Assembly: GCA_045837725.1 (NCBI GenBank)
Contig: JBEWZL010000102.1
Coordinates: 124,001 to 188,000 of the forward strand
Source: Vermamoeba vermiformis
Lineage: Eukaryota
DNA: 64,000 bases
Direction: 5' to 3'
Part shown: positions 61,991 to 64,000 of the stretch, piece by piece
Layout of the letters: each line of letters starts with the position of its first letter
Numbering within the stretch: position 1 is the stretch's first letter
Position numbers and translations under genes: made by a program
Notes under the pieces: model-generated
Seen by the model: the letters and a program-made list of their open reading frames with translations, nothing else
What the model was told of the DNA's origin: nothing
Database searches by the model: none

Positions 61991-64000
61991 CTACATCAAC
62001 AATTGCGTCGGTGCACTCTCGTCGATATCCATGTTGTTAGGCTTGGGAATGTTCCAGTCATCGTCGTCCAACTTCAATGTAGGTTCAATCTCGTTGTCGT
62101 CCTGACCAACATTTCGCGGTGGCGGGATCGGGAATGCATCGTCGTCATCGAGCCGCAGGGTGGGCTCCATACCTCCTTCATCGTCCCAACCCTTCTCGTG
62201 ACTGCTGTTGTGCGTGTCAACTGACTTGTCCATGCTTGAGTCCACTGTGCTGTTGAGATTGTTCTTCTGCTTCTTCGGACTGTCATCGGCGTCCATCAGC
62301 CAGTACGTGTCATCGTCGGACTTCTCTTCGTCTGATTTGTCTTTCTTTTTGCTTGCACTTGCAGCTACTTTCGGAGGAGGCATCAACTTGGCATCTTCTT
62401 GAGCTTTAGCATTTGTTGGCTTGTTTGTATTCGCCGCTGCGGCAGGGACAATCTTTGACTTCTTGGCCACAGGCTCTTCTTGTTTATCGACCTCCATCTC
62501 ATCTAACTTGCGCTTCTTTTGTGCCGCTGCCACTGGCTCAGGTGATTGTGGCTTTGACTCGGGCTTGTTCTTTGGCGGTTCTTTGGCCACTAATGAGAAG
62601 AGACGATTAGTATTCGCACTACAAGGCATTTCAGCCCCATTCATACCAAAAGAGAACGGACTGTTTTTGACATCTGCGCTATTGATTCTGATGTAAGCTT
62701 TGTACGAGCCAGTGCGTGTTGGGAAGAAAGAGATCTTGTAAGTGCCGTCATTGTTGTCTTCAACATAACCCTCGAAGTGTGCTGGACCTTTGAAATCTGC
62801 TTCCACAAAATCACCACCTTCCTGCTCGCATGCGTCAAAACTGTGATTATCGTTCATTAGTTAATTGCACTTACCTTGAAGTTCGTGTTGAATTGATCTT
62901 TCACTTGCACGCTCAGAACGCACACGCGCCCCGCAAACGCGTCTGACTCCAACTTGAGAACTGAGTTGAGAGCGTCGGGTCCTAGAAATGATTGTCAGAT
63001 CTATCCATCGAATTATCGTGTCGTGTACTCACTTGATGTGTAGGACGCAGACTCATCGCGCTCCAATTTAACAGGCTTTGCTGGCTCCTTTTCTTTCTTC
63101 TCCGCACTGTTGGTCAACTTCTTGAGATTGGGATTGAGCAGACTTGATTTCTTGGCTGAGATCGGTGATGACATGGGCGAGGCATCATCTGACTCGTCAT
63201 CTTCGCCGATCTTGTTGCCTTTGCCTGCACTGAGACCCGATGCCGTCTTCTTCAGCAATTCAGGCTTAGCTGCAGCTTTAGGCTCAACTGTAGGTGAGCT
63301 CTTGCTGTCTTTTTCGTTGCTGTCGCTGAGTTTGCTACCCTTGGAGCTTGCTGAGCCTGTACTTGATTTGAGATCTGTTTTTTTATCTGTCGTGGCCTTC
63401 GCAGCAGGTTTCACTTCCTCTTCTTTCTTGGACTTGTTGCTCAAGTTAGAAGTTGATTTCTTGACCTCTTTTGGTTCTTCTTTCTCGTCATCGCTGTCCT
63501 CTTTGACGAGCTTGTTGCTCTTAGTGCTCACATTCGATGAAGATTTCTTCACTTCTACAGGCTTAACGGGCTCAGGTTCTTCATCACTCTCGTCTTTGAC
63601 AATCTTATTGCTCTTAGTGCTTTTGTTGCTTGTGCTGCTCAAATTGGAGCTCGTCTTTTTGACATCTTTCTTCGGTGGTGGCGAGTCTTGTTTCTCTTCT
63701 TTTTCACTGGCCTCGTCTTCGCTGTCAGCCTTTGCAGTAGTACCGCTCTTTGCGCTCTTGTTGCTGGTACTGCTCAAGTTCGAGCTTGACTTCTTGACGT
63801 TCTTCTTTGGTGGCGTAGACTCTTCTTTTTCTTCCTCGCTTTCTTCAGCAGCTTTAGCGCTCTTGTTGCTTTTTGTACTCTTGTTGCTGACATTGGACCC
63901 CGCCTTTTTCAGATCTTTGCTGCTCTTCAAATCAGATTTCTTTTTCTTCGGTTTCTCTTCCTCTTCGCTCTTTGGCATTTCTTCAGTGTGTTCTTCAGAC
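61991..64000 (-). CDS. Large K/S/E-rich low-complexity protein with one filamin/ABP280-type Ig repeat; 5' end outside the window
   Basis: VQVKDQFN..EGGD..GP..VEDNNDGTYKISFFPTRTGSYKAYIRINSADVKNSPFSF; flanked by disordered regions. Confidence 0.8.
63440..63915 (-). repeat. Degenerate coding repeats (V)KK(S/T)SSN(L/V)S..SNKS.K separated by acidic spacers
   Basis: About five copies visible in ORF 63013-63978. Confidence 0.75.

Overview
Gene-dense, intron-rich eukaryotic nuclear DNA. Introns are mostly 45-90 nt GT-AG, and intergenic gaps are often under 300 nt. The gene content (FERM/I-LWEQ talin, diaphanous-type formin, filamin repeat, F-box/ankyrin, beta-helix surface protein) fits an amoebozoan-type protist, but I cannot name the species. 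By hand-splicing I reconstruct about 30 protein genes, several missing or fragmented in the ORF track (AP-1 sigma, RPL39, V-ATPase G, a small GPI-type Cys-rich protein, a Sos7/Zwint-like protein). There are two ncRNAs: nuclear RNase P RNA (1651-1998, minus) and an intronic box C/D snoRNA in DDX51/DBP6 with an LSU-rRNA guide. Best leads: (1) an intron-containing T4-Rnl1-type RNA ligase 79 nt upstream of a co-oriented AKAP7-like 2H phosphoesterase, a possible RNA heal-and-seal pair; (2) the 12-bp palindrome TGACACGTGTCA, found exactly in distal introns of five unrelated genes, contrasted with GATC doublets in 5'-proximal introns and CACGTG in promoters; (3) two U12-type introns; (4) odd architectures: half-size talin, lobe-2-only CHD, stalk-less kinesin with an F-box-like tail. 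Five single-base frameshifts at homopolymers most likely reflect assembly error. All family calls come from motif recognition by eye; no database search was run.
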